Positions 56,111 through 64,000 of a stretch of DNA of 64,000 nt are shown one piece after another. The position numbers and the translations under genes are program-made. How positions within the stretch are numbered: position 1 is the first letter of the stretch; the number at the start of each line of letters is the position of its first letter. Origin of the DNA: Candidatus Obscuribacterales bacterium (GTDB lineage: Bacteria; Cyanobacteriota; Vampirovibrionia; Obscuribacterales; Obscuribacteraceae); NCBI GenBank assembly GCA_965228855.1, contig CBDDIJ010000003.1:1728001-1792000 (forward strand), given 5' to 3'. The notes under the pieces were generated by a model, which was not told where the DNA came from, did not search any database, and saw only the letters and a list, made by a program, of their open reading frames with translations.

Positions 56111-57319
56111 ATGAATCAACGAACCGCAGCCATAATCATCGATACAGGTTTTTCGGAAGAGTCCATGAAGACCGCGAAAAACATCCTGGCGATACTCGAC
56201 GTGCGCACAGGCAGTGTGATTAGCGGCTTCCCCTACCTCTCCTGGGAGTACAACAAGGAAGCGTTGACCTCTTTTGCCGGTGACCCTTACAACCACGGCA
56301 GTTCGGTCTTGTCAGCTTTGATGCAGCAGTCTCCGGAACTCCCGGTGATTCTTGTGCGCGCGTTCAACGATGGAAAGTTTATTCGGACAACGTTTGTCGA
56401 TGGTCAAATAGTTAAGCCTGGCTGGACCGAGGCGTATAAGACCGCAGTAGCCATCTGCAAAAATCTCGGAATCAGCTCCGTAGCTAACCTCTCATTCGGC
56501 GGCTACACCCACGCAGCCGATGGAAGCGGATGGGAATCATTCTGCCTGGGCTCCGCAACGGGACCCGGCAAGCCCGGACACATTGTCGTTGCCGGCGCAG
56601 GCGCCGGTGGCGGCGACCCTATCCACTCATCGTGGAGAACCGAGCCGGGACAGAGCACCGAAGTCACCGCCTACCAGCACGACACGACAACCTACAATTT
56701 CTGGTGTTCAGCCGAAGCTGACTCACATCAATTCAATGACTGGTTGCTTGAGGTTTTCCTAGACGGCAATAAGCTCGGCGAAGAATTCGGCGGCGATTTG
56801 ATACCCAACTTCTGGAACAATCGAAAGCAAGTAACATTCCAAGTCGATGGACCGGGAACAGTTACAATTCGCACGACCCGCTTCTGGGGTGCCGATCGTC
56901 GGTTCAAAGGCTTGCAGGTTGCTCACAACTTCGCTCAGAACCACGATCAATTCCATTGCGCAAAACCGCGTCCAATCAATCTTCATCGCAGAGATCCGCT
57001 CAGATTCGATTGCTGGATCAATCAGGCGACTGCGCATTTTGCAGATCACCATGATGCGATGACGATTGCAGAACCGGCAATTTTCCCTCACGTGATTGCA
57101 GTAGGTTTAAACCAAGGGAAGTATTCGGCTGATCAATTCGAGCGTGGCGCGAAACCGGATCTCTTGATCGACGGCGACGGTCCTGTGAGTTTCAGACTAC
57201 CGGAGGTCGTTGCAGAAATCGCAAGATATCTCGACGAAGATCCGTCACTGGATATGGTGGCAGTAAGAAACCGCCTCCTAGGTATCGACGTCGCGGTTGC
57301 AGACGAGCAAACAGCTTAG
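56111..57319 (+). CDS. Divergent subtilisin-like (S8) peptidase
   Basis: AIIIDTG (Asp), DPYNHGSSV (His), VANLSFG, VVAGAG, VIAVG, KPDL, GPVSFRLPEV (putative Ser). No signal peptide. Confidence 0.7.
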   Translation: MNQRTAAIIIDTGFSEESMKTAKNILAILDVRTGSVISGFPYLSWEYNKEALTSFAGDPYNHGSSVLSALMQQSPELPVILVRAFNDGKFIRTTFVDGQIVKPGWTEAYKTAVAICKNLGISSVANLSFGGYTHAADGSGWESFCLGSATGPGKPGHIVVAGAGAGGGDPIHSSWRTEPGQSTEVTAYQHDTTTYNFWCSAEADSHQFNDWLLEVFLDGNKLGEEFGGDLIPNFWNNRKQVTFQVDGPGTVTIRTTRFWGADRRFKGLQVAHNFAQNHDQFHCAKPRPINLHRRDPLRFDCWINQATAHFADHHDAMTIAEPAIFPHVIAVGLNQGKYSADQFERGAKPDLLIDGDGPVSFRLPEVVAEIARYLDEDPSLDMVAVRNRLLGIDVAVADEQTA

Positions 57320-57344
57320 TCTTCGAATCAAATTAACGAAGTTT

Positions 57345-57373
57345 CAAAAGCCGTGTTAGTCACACGGCTTTTG
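57345..57373. terminator. Bidirectional rho-independent terminator
   Basis: CAAAAGCCGTGT..ACACGGCTTTTG between convergent genes. Confidence 0.8.
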
Positions 57374-57403
57374 CTTTCTGACAGGATTCAAAAGTTTCAC
57401 CAG

Positions 57404-57739
57404 CTAGTCTTCAACGAATGCCTTCAAGCGCGACAACGCGTCATCCCATTGCGAAGAAACCAGATCAAGGTAATCTCGCAACTCATTCAGAGGATGGGCG
57501 TTAAGCTCGAATAAATTCTCGCGGCCAGACGGCCTGCTATTCACGATTCCGACGCCCTCAAGAACGCGCAAGTGCTTCGTCACTGCTTGCCGGGTCAACT
57601 CTGTACCTTCAGTGAGTTGTGAAATTGACTGCGGCTCACCGTTCGAGAGTCTTCGCACAAGCGTGAGCCGCGTCTCGTCTCCGAGCGCGGCAAACACCGG
57701 TGCATGATTTTTCTGCTTTGCTCTTCGACTAGCTGACAT
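57404..57739 (-). CDS. ArsR/SmtB family transcriptional regulator
   Basis: VFAALGDETRL, LTRQAVTKHLRVLE..GIV, GRE, WDDALSRL. ATG 57739 overlaps the end of the upstream SRPBCC gene. Confidence 0.92.
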   Translation of the reverse strand: MSASRRAKQKNHAPVFAALGDETRLTLVRRLSNGEPQSISQLTEGTELTRQAVTKHLRVLEGVGIVNSRPSGRENLFELNAHPLNELRDYLDLVSSQWDDALSRLKAFVED

Positions 57740-58184
57740 ATTTTTGAATGTTGAGCATCTGCTCCTCCCAGCCACCTTCATTCATACGGAAAGCCTCATC
57801 ACGACGGTCTGCCGGTAGCTTCTCGAATCCGGATTCAACGACTGTGAGCAACGTGCCACCATCGATTGGCTTGAGAGTGAACTCAACAAGGGTAGTAGGC
57901 TCGTCCGAATAATCCTTCTCTGTGTCACACGCATATGGATGCCACGACAAAGTAAAAGTATGCTCCGGTTCTATCTTTTCGATTGTTGCCATCCACCTCA
58001 GGTGCTCGTAACCAGGGTAAGTGATGTGACCAGTCGACTTCTGCCCAACCTCAAACGGTGCATCGATCTTCACTCTAAACCATTCGCCGAACTTCTCGTG
58101 ATCGACGAGCGCCTGCCAAACTTTTGACTGCGGAGCCTTGAGCTCGATGTGTTTTTCAATTTTTGATTTCATTTTCGTATCCAT
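57729..58184 (-). CDS. SRPBCC/AHSA1-like protein
   Basis: IEKHIELKAPQSKVWQAL..FGEWF, TLVEFTL, LTVVESGF, NEGGW. Confidence 0.9.
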   Translation of the reverse strand: MDTKMKSKIEKHIELKAPQSKVWQALVDHEKFGEWFRVKIDAPFEVGQKSTGHITYPGYEHLRWMATIEKIEPEHTFTLSWHPYACDTEKDYSDEPTTLVEFTLKPIDGGTLLTVVESGFEKLPADRRDEAFRMNEGGWEEQMLNIQKYVS

Positions 58185-58190
58185 AAATTA

Positions 58191-58243
58191 GCAACCTCCA
58201 GGTTGCGTATTATTATAAACCAAAAACGCAACCTTTTTGTTGC
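58191..58243. promoter_or_regulatory. Two palindromic operators, likely ArsR autoregulation
   Basis: GCAACC-tcca-GGTTGC (58191-58206, overlapping the GGAGG RBS) and GCAACC-tttt-TGTTGC (58228-58243), flanking a TATAAT. Confidence 0.7.
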
Positions 58244-58302
58244 ACATTGGATTAACTTTCGCCTGACGAAGGTGAAGAGTAACTATAAGCACTGACTGGT
58301 TC

Positions 58303-59262
58303 TCACTTGATCCGTTTAAAAACACGGACATAATCAACCACAAATTTTGCCGGAAACGGCGTCGTCACGTCAGGCGCGCCAGGCAGGTCACCACCCACAG
58401 CCAGGTTCAAAATCATATACATCTTTTCATGAGGTACGCCATCTTGAGAGACCGAAATACGCTTCCCATCGATGTAGCAAACGATTTCGCGCTCATTCCA
58501 AACTCCGGTAAGCGTGTGAAATTCTTCGGAAAAATCAGGGTGAAGCTCATAGCGTTTAGGCCCGTGCCAGGGATGAAAACCGTTGACGTGCGTACCATAA
58601 TGATTAGTCACTTCAATTATTTGGGGACGATGACCTAAAATCTCCATCCAATCAATTTCCGGCGGCCAGTTGCCGGAGGACGGCAACATCCAGAACGCAG
58701 GCCAATAGCCTTTGCCGGAAGGGACTTTGAAACGACAATCAAACCGTCCATACCGGACTGCAAACTTTTTTCTCGTGTCTAATTTTCCAGAAGTGAAGTG
58801 CTTTTTCTTGTCACCATCTTCGGTATCTTCTTTGCGTGCCTCGATGAAGAGGTAGCCATCATGTACGGTGCATGCTTTCGACCGATATGCTTGCAGTTCG
58901 TTATTGGCATTGTCCCAGTTGTTCACGACATTCCATTTCTTCAAATCGCTCGGACTGTCAAACTCGCAGTTCCAAATCAGCCTCCAGTGTTTACTTGAGT
59001 TCAACTCATCATGATTACTTTCGAGTGCATCGCCGGACTGAAGGACATTCAACTTGTACAGGTCAACCGGAACAACATGAGCGTCAGGAGCGTGTAAAAC
59101 TTCCTCAGCGTGCGCCGCCATTGCAGGCGATGCACTCGCGAATGCGAAAGCTACAATTGAAGTACTCGCGAGCGAAGTTATGGGAAACGCTTGCGCACAC
59201 AGTCCCGCCTTCGCAAACATGAGCGAGGCGAGTATCTCGATAGACGAGTTTAAGCGAAACAT
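58303..59262 (-). CDS. Glycoside hydrolase family 16 (laminarinase-like), exported
   Basis: NNELQAY, FTSGKL, GYWPAFWML, catalytic EIDWME, ILNLAVGG, VDYVRV. Confidence 0.93.
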   Translation of the reverse strand: MFRLNSSIEILASLMFAKAGLCAQAFPITSLASTSIVAFAFASASPAMAAHAEEVLHAPDAHVVPVDLYKLNVLQSGDALESNHDELNSSKHWRLIWNCEFDSPSDLKKWNVVNNWDNANNELQAYRSKACTVHDGYLFIEARKEDTEDGDKKKHFTSGKLDTRKKFAVRYGRFDCRFKVPSGKGYWPAFWMLPSSGNWPPEIDWMEILGHRPQIIEVTNHYGTHVNGFHPWHGPKRYELHPDFSEEFHTLTGVWNEREIVCYIDGKRISVSQDGVPHEKMYMILNLAVGGDLPGAPDVTTPFPAKFVVDYVRVFKRIK

Positions 59263-59407
59263 GATTAGCCTCAGGAAATCGAATCTAGCTTAACTGATTG
59301 CGACAAGAGGTTAATTGCCTGACGATTGTTGATTAATCCGGAAGGAAATCAAGAGGAGGGATTTACTCTGGTACCTTAGAAAAGACAAGCGATTTTCTCA
59401 AGAAGCT

Positions 59408-60013
59408 ATGAAAAGCCCAGTACACCACATTTTTAGCCCGGCAGGCAGGTTTGAGACTTATGCGGAGTTCCGCAGACAAATCACTGCAGTCGCACGCGAG
59501 CAACTCTTCGAGAAGTATGCTCCGGTAGACAGTGCCGGCGATAAACTCGAGCAGTACACGAAATTAGGAACATTCCAAGACCCGAATGTAATCGAATTTG
59601 CATTCGTAGCCAGTAATAATAAGCTATCAGCTGTAATGCGAGCTGAACTGGTAGAGCCACCTCTTGGCGGAACCGAAATTTTGTACAGCATGGTCAACTC
59701 ACGTTTCAACTTCGTCCTGGTTTTCGCGCTCTCTATATACGTCATGTTCATGTTCATGTACATGCTGCTTGCTTGCACAGAAACCGTACCTCGGCTGGGA
59801 CACGATGCTACATACTGGGCTGTAGTCACGACTCTCACTGCAGCTATGTTAATCTGGTTCGAAATCGTTGGCGTAATTTCAACCAGGCGCAGACTGCAGG
59901 CAGTCATTAAAAGAGTCGTTGCCGAACTCCAGGTCGCGAAACGGCGCGAACCTTTCCCCTCAAAACGGCGAACACGTTGGCGCGAACTCAAAGCCCGCTT
60001 CAAATCATGCTAA
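59408..60013 (+). CDS. Hypothetical membrane protein with two TM helices
   Basis: 201-aa ORF with two hydrophobic segments and a basic tail. Confidence 0.6.
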   Translation: MKSPVHHIFSPAGRFETYAEFRRQITAVAREQLFEKYAPVDSAGDKLEQYTKLGTFQDPNVIEFAFVASNNKLSAVMRAELVEPPLGGTEILYSMVNSRFNFVLVFALSIYVMFMFMYMLLACTETVPRLGHDATYWAVVTTLTAAMLIWFEIVGVISTRRRLQAVIKRVVAELQVAKRREPFPSKRRTRWRELKARFKSC

Positions 60014-60104
60014 GTTCACTCTTCGTCGGCAGGAACCGAGACGCAGGGAAGCGATAACTCCGGAGAAATGAGATAAACTCATCACATATCTTGGAGAAAA
60101 CATA

Positions 60105-60704
60105 ATGTCAACCGCCTCAACCTTGCTCGACATGCTTCACGCTCCTGCAAAACCAGCGACGCTGTCGAAAAGCGCCGTCATAATTGTCGACGCTCAAAGG
60201 GAGTATCTCGACGGCAACGTCAAACTCAGCGGTATCGAAGACGCATTGGTAGAGATTAAGAAGTTGCTCGCCAGAGCGCGCGCAGAAAAACGGCCGATTT
60301 TTCACATTGTTCATCACACCGCCCCTGGTGCGCCGATTTTTGCACCTGATAGTCCTACTTCAGCGATTATAGACTCGGTGAAACCTGAAGGCTCGGAGCC
60401 TGTAATTGCCAAGCCCCTGCCGAGCTCATTCGTGAATACGGACCTCGACAAATTCGTCAAGGAAACCGGCTGCGAAGAACTTGTGATTGCCGGCTTCATG
60501 ACTCATATGTGCATCAATGCCACCACGCGTAGTGCCGTAGACCTGGGCTATAGACCTACGGTTATTGGTTCGGCATGTGCAACTCGTGATTTACCTTCAC
60601 CTGATGGCAAAGTGATTTCGGCTGCAGTCCTACATGAAAGCAATCTCGCATCTCTTGCCGATTTACTTGCATGTGTTTGCAAAACGACCGACGATCTTAG
60701 CTAG
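60105..60704 (+). CDS. Isochorismatase-family cysteine hydrolase
   Basis: IIVDAQREY, IAKPLPSSF, AGFMTHMCINATTR. Confidence 0.93.
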   Translation: MSTASTLLDMLHAPAKPATLSKSAVIIVDAQREYLDGNVKLSGIEDALVEIKKLLARARAEKRPIFHIVHHTAPGAPIFAPDSPTSAIIDSVKPEGSEPVIAKPLPSSFVNTDLDKFVKETGCEELVIAGFMTHMCINATTRSAVDLGYRPTVIGSACATRDLPSPDGKVISAAVLHESNLASLADLLACVCKTTDDLS

Positions 60705-60746
60705 AGCGCCGGTCCTTTTCGTTTTCGTTAGAACTTAAATGCCAGT

Positions 60747-61232
60747 TTAAAGCGTATTCGCAACTTCGACGAGTTGATCGAAGCACTGCCCCCAGCCCTG
60801 CTCAAAACCCATCTCCTTGTGCTTCTTCTGTGTCTCTTCGTTGCCGTGGATTGCATAAGCAGTATATTTTGTGCCACCACTTCCGTTCGATTCGATGGTG
60901 ACAATTGCGGAGAAAAATGGTTGCGCTGCTGGACGATAACCCTTCGTCAGGCAGTCGCTCCAGACAAACTTCTGGCCTTCAACAACTTCGAGAACGCAGC
61001 CGCTGCAGGGCATATCCTCACCATCAGGAGAGCGCATAGTTGTAGTGAATTCACCGCCCGGAAAAAGTTCGAGCTTGCAATCAACCACTGTCCATGGCTT
61101 CGGCGCAAACCACTGTTTTATGATTTCCGGAGTCGTCCAGGCTTTCCAGACTTTCTCCGGCGACACGTCCGTCGTGCGCTCGAGAACAAGATCGAACTTC
61201 GGATCGATTTTTTGTGGTGCAGTAACTGTCAT
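60747..61232 (-). CDS. SRPBCC/AHSA1-like protein
   Basis: DLVLER..PEKVWKAWT..WFAPKPW, PGG, HKEMGFEQGWGQC.DQL. Confidence 0.92.
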   Translation of the reverse strand: MTVTAPQKIDPKFDLVLERTTDVSPEKVWKAWTTPEIIKQWFAPKPWTVVDCKLELFPGGEFTTTMRSPDGEDMPCSGCVLEVVEGQKFVWSDCLTKGYRPAAQPFFSAIVTIESNGSGGTKYTAYAIHGNEETQKKHKEMGFEQGWGQCFDQLVEVANTL

Positions 61233-61564
61233 TGATCACTCTCCGTTTCTTTTAAATAGGCTTCAAGCTGGTCGAGCCTTCGTTCCCACATCGAGCGTTG
61301 CTTCGCCATCCAATCCTCAGCGGCTTGTAGCGTAGCCGGCGCAAGCTCGTAAGTTCGCACACGCCCGGTCTTCTGGGAGCGAACCAATCCGCAGCTTTCC
61401 AACATCTTCATATGCTGCAGGAAAGATGGCAAAGCCATGTCAAACGGCTCGGCGAGAGAACTCACGGGAGCAGGTCCCGAACCCAGTTTTTCAAGAACCG
61501 CGCGCCGTGTAGGGTCCGCAAGTGCTTGAAAAACCGAGTCGAGTGCTACAGATTGGTTAGGCAT
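61229..61564 (-). CDS. ArsR/SmtB family transcriptional regulator
   Basis: VFQALADPTRR, LAEPFDMALPSFLQH, KTGRVRT, WERRLDQL; ATGA overlap with the downstream gene. Confidence 0.93.
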   Translation of the reverse strand: MPNQSVALDSVFQALADPTRRAVLEKLGSGPAPVSSLAEPFDMALPSFLQHMKMLESCGLVRSQKTGRVRTYELAPATLQAAEDWMAKQRSMWERRLDQLEAYLKETESDQ

Positions 61565-61610
61565 TTACCTAACTATACCGAGTCTTAATAGTTAGGTCAA
61601 TACCTTAGTA
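61554..61610 (-). promoter_or_regulatory. Sigma70 promoter for a probably leaderless mRNA, with two palindromic operators
   Basis: Minus strand TTGACC-N17-TATAGT-N7-ATG with no SD; dyads TACTAAGGTATTGACCTAACTA and TAGTTAGGTAAATGCCTAACCA. Confidence 0.7.
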
Positions 61611-61901
61611 TTCTTAATTCACTTTTCATGCCAACTACTGAAGTTCCATAAACTGTTTCGCTCTTTCGAGACCTGGCAACAGTTTCGGACCTTGAAGACA
61701 GACCGTACCACAGAGTGTGCAGCAGATTTAAAACATATATACTGTACTTCTCGTTGAACAGTCGAATTATCGAATTTTCGGAAAGTCTATTGTTTCCATA
61801 TTCGATCGTCTAAACTGGCTCAGGAAGCTGATTCTAGCAATCAACTTTTCGAGACGAATATCATACGCGAATCGATCACGCCGCACAACAGATATCTAAT
61901 T

Positions 61902-62921
61902 ATGAGCACTTTAGGAAAACTACCTGTTTCTTTACTCGGGAAATGTGGAGATCTAGGAATCGATCTGCACAGCGTCATTCCGCTAGCCGAAAAGGATGAA
62001 GCCTTCTGGCTCAAACTCACAACTTCGACAGGCTCAGTTGAAGGTAAATTACTCATACCTCGCGTTGAGCCCACCAGGCTTTTGATTTACATGCCCGGCT
62101 TTCCTGGCGGCGGATCAACTGATTTCGAAGCAAATCATCTGGCGAAGTTCCTTGAGTCAAATTACACAGTCTTCACCATTCGCCATAATGGCTCGCTGCT
62201 GACCGGTGAACACTCTGACTATTACATAAACTGCCAACCCAGACAGAAGAAAGCAAAAGTCGAGCATCAAGACTGCATCGGAGCACCGGCAAAATACAAT
62301 ATAGGAGACTGGCTGCTAGAACCGTTTATCGCAGTTGAGGCGCTTGGCGAAGTGTTCGAGGAAATAGTGATCGCCGGACACTCATTCGGCGGACTGTCGC
62401 TCTTTTATTCAATGCGCGAGCTTGTTCGCACACGATCAAAACAGCTGAGTAAAATAAAGCGAGTGGTGTCACTAGCGGGTGCAACGGGTCGGGTTCGCAT
62501 GGAAGAAGAAGACCCCATTCTCGTTCAATGGGCTGAGTACCTGGAAACGGACTGGGCGAGAGAGCGAGTAGCCATCGGTGACACTTCAAACAACGTCGAA
62601 AGATTGAAAGAAGCCTATCACGCTATCCACGACGGACAATATAAACCGCCATCAAACATCAGCTTCGTCCTGGTCGTCCCATGGGGAGACACCGCCGATA
62701 GTACCGATGAGTACATCAACCCCGTCGAAGCACTAGATATGGTTGTGACCCTTGGACGCGGCACTCTTATTATTGATAAAACCAGTCGAAGTGATTCGGA
62801 AACTGGCGAACTCGCTCACGATATGTCGCGGTTTACGACAGATATGTTTTTAAAAATCGCTGATTCCAACTGGAATCCGGCCAAGCAAATTTTGTGTATC
62901 GACGATAAAGGACTACACTGA
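61902..62921 (+). CDS. Alpha/beta hydrolase fold protein
   Basis: LIYMPGFPG, nucleophile GHSFGG, TDEY, AHD. Confidence 0.8.
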   Translation: MSTLGKLPVSLLGKCGDLGIDLHSVIPLAEKDEAFWLKLTTSTGSVEGKLLIPRVEPTRLLIYMPGFPGGGSTDFEANHLAKFLESNYTVFTIRHNGSLLTGEHSDYYINCQPRQKKAKVEHQDCIGAPAKYNIGDWLLEPFIAVEALGEVFEEIVIAGHSFGGLSLFYSMRELVRTRSKQLSKIKRVVSLAGATGRVRMEEEDPILVQWAEYLETDWARERVAIGDTSNNVERLKEAYHAIHDGQYKPPSNISFVLVVPWGDTADSTDEYINPVEALDMVVTLGRGTLIIDKTSRSDSETGELAHDMSRFTTDMFLKIADSNWNPAKQILCIDDKGLH

Positions 62922-64000
62922 TGAAATTGGTATCCCGTTGCGCATTTGCTGTTACGCTCGCGGTGTCCTTGACGCTTATAGCGCCAACGCAGGCTTTCGC
63001 AAGACTTGAAGGTCTAGAGCGCACCGAGAATAGTGCGCAAGACGCGAACTGCAAGAGCAAAAATGAATCCGCAGATGATACCAAATATGATGCCAACGGC
63101 AGCTCGAAGGAAATCGTTTCAAATCCAGACTCAAAGCCTTCAAATAAGAAGATGACTGATGAGGCTAGAAGAGACCTTGCAATTTCGCTTATCGACAGAG
63201 GCAACTTCAGCGAAGCTGAAGAAATTCTCAAAGACCTGGCGAAGAAGGGCGACTCCGACAGCCTGATGGACCATGCTGCCGGACACTTCCGGAGCGACAA
63301 ATACGACGAAGCGCTCAAACTCTGCCAGGAAGCTTTTAAAAAGAACAATGGAAAGCATTACGACAAGGCGATGATCAAACTAGGCATTGCAGAATGCTTG
63401 TACAAGCGAAAATCTTACGCAGAGGCAGAGAAGGAATTTCAAGAGAGCCTTTCGCTGTTAACCAAAAACGACTCACCTTTGATCGCTATCTTCGCGCTCG
63501 AAGGATTGGGCGGTTGTTATTTACAGCATAAAGAATTCGATAAAGCAGCCGACACCTTGGAGGAACTCGCGAAACTCAACCGAGATGTTTACGGCAACAA
63601 AGATATTGGCTACGGCTGGGCCTTATTCCAACTGAGCGAGGCGTACAAAAAGGCCGGGCGCCATAAGGCTTACCAGCCGATTTACGAGAAGTCTATTTGG
63701 ATTTTTCGTGAGACAAACCGTAAGCGCCTTGCTACCGAATTCAGTGACCCTAAGCTTCAGGCGCAACTCTCGAAGATGGTTTTTGGTAGCGGCAATCGAG
63801 TCGGGGACGACTCCAAGCTCTCAGGAAGAAGCAAATACTTCGACTTAATCGATCCTGAAGTAGAACTGCCACGTTGCGCATGGCGCCGGCAGTTTCGTCA
63901 GGTGGACGCGCCCGGCTATGTATGGTGCGATCCGAATGTAGAAGCGAAGGCGGTTTTAATCTGCGTGCATGGGCTAGGCTTGCACCATAAATCTTTTAAT
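62921..64000 (+). CDS. Exported TPR plus alpha/beta hydrolase protein (runs off the right edge)
   Basis: Not in the ORF track. ATG overlaps the upstream TGA. MKLVSRCAFAVTLAVSLTLIAPTQAFA signal peptide, TPR-like helices, ending KAVLICVHGLGLHHKSFN, similar to the 12134 hydrolase. Confidence 0.85.
   Translation, partial: MKLVSRCAFAVTLAVSLTLIAPTQAFARLEGLERTENSAQDANCKSKNESADDTKYDANGSSKEIVSNPDSKPSNKKMTDEARRDLAISLIDRGNFSEAEEILKDLAKKGDSDSLMDHAAGHFRSDKYDEALKLCQEAFKKNNGKHYDKAMIKLGIAECLYKRKSYAEAEKEFQESLSLLTKNDSPLIAIFALEGLGGCYLQHKEFDKAADTLEELAKLNRDVYGNKDIGYGWALFQLSEAYKKAGRHKAYQPIYEKSIWIFRETNRKRLATEFSDPKLQAQLSKMVFGSGNRVGDDSKLSGRSKYFDLIDPEVELPRCAWRRQFRQVDAPGYVWCDPNVEAKAVLICVHGLGLHHKSFN

Noticed and set aside
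59458..60003. 181-aa minus-strand ORF
   Set aside because: Fully antisense to 59408..60013, which has an ATG start and more plausible TM architecture; the choice is not certain.

Overview
This is a gene-dense bacterial chromosomal window of roughly 50% GC with about 43 CDS. I found no rRNA, tRNA, CRISPR array, transposase or integrase. The gene content (membrane Ser/Thr kinases with TPR or LRR ectodomains, a caspase-fold TPR protein, giant Gly/Ser/Thr-rich secreted proteins, cyanobacterial-type domains without photosynthesis genes) suggests a Melainabacteria/Vampirovibrionia (Obscuribacterales-like) genome, but that is inference only. Main observations: (1) a co-directional cassette of exported alpha/beta hydrolase-DUF4384, exported catalytically dead caspase-TPR, and kinase-TM-TPR, in which the peptide SGAK[S/D]L occurs three times with different codons, suggesting a shared protease recognition site; (2) three paralogous giant secreted proteins that share an N-terminal module of several hundred residues, two of which also share a three-block upstream motif with conserved spacing; (3) a ~465-nt element with paired ends and many helices that encloses a 74-aa ORF; (4) unusual fusions or motifs: pseudo-LMW-phosphatase-SUI1, hemerythrin-histone-H1-like tail, a membrane protein with a metallothionein-like Cys cluster, MORN-SUKH-HEAT, and TerB-like-AAA+. 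All domain calls come from reading motifs by eye; no database search was run.
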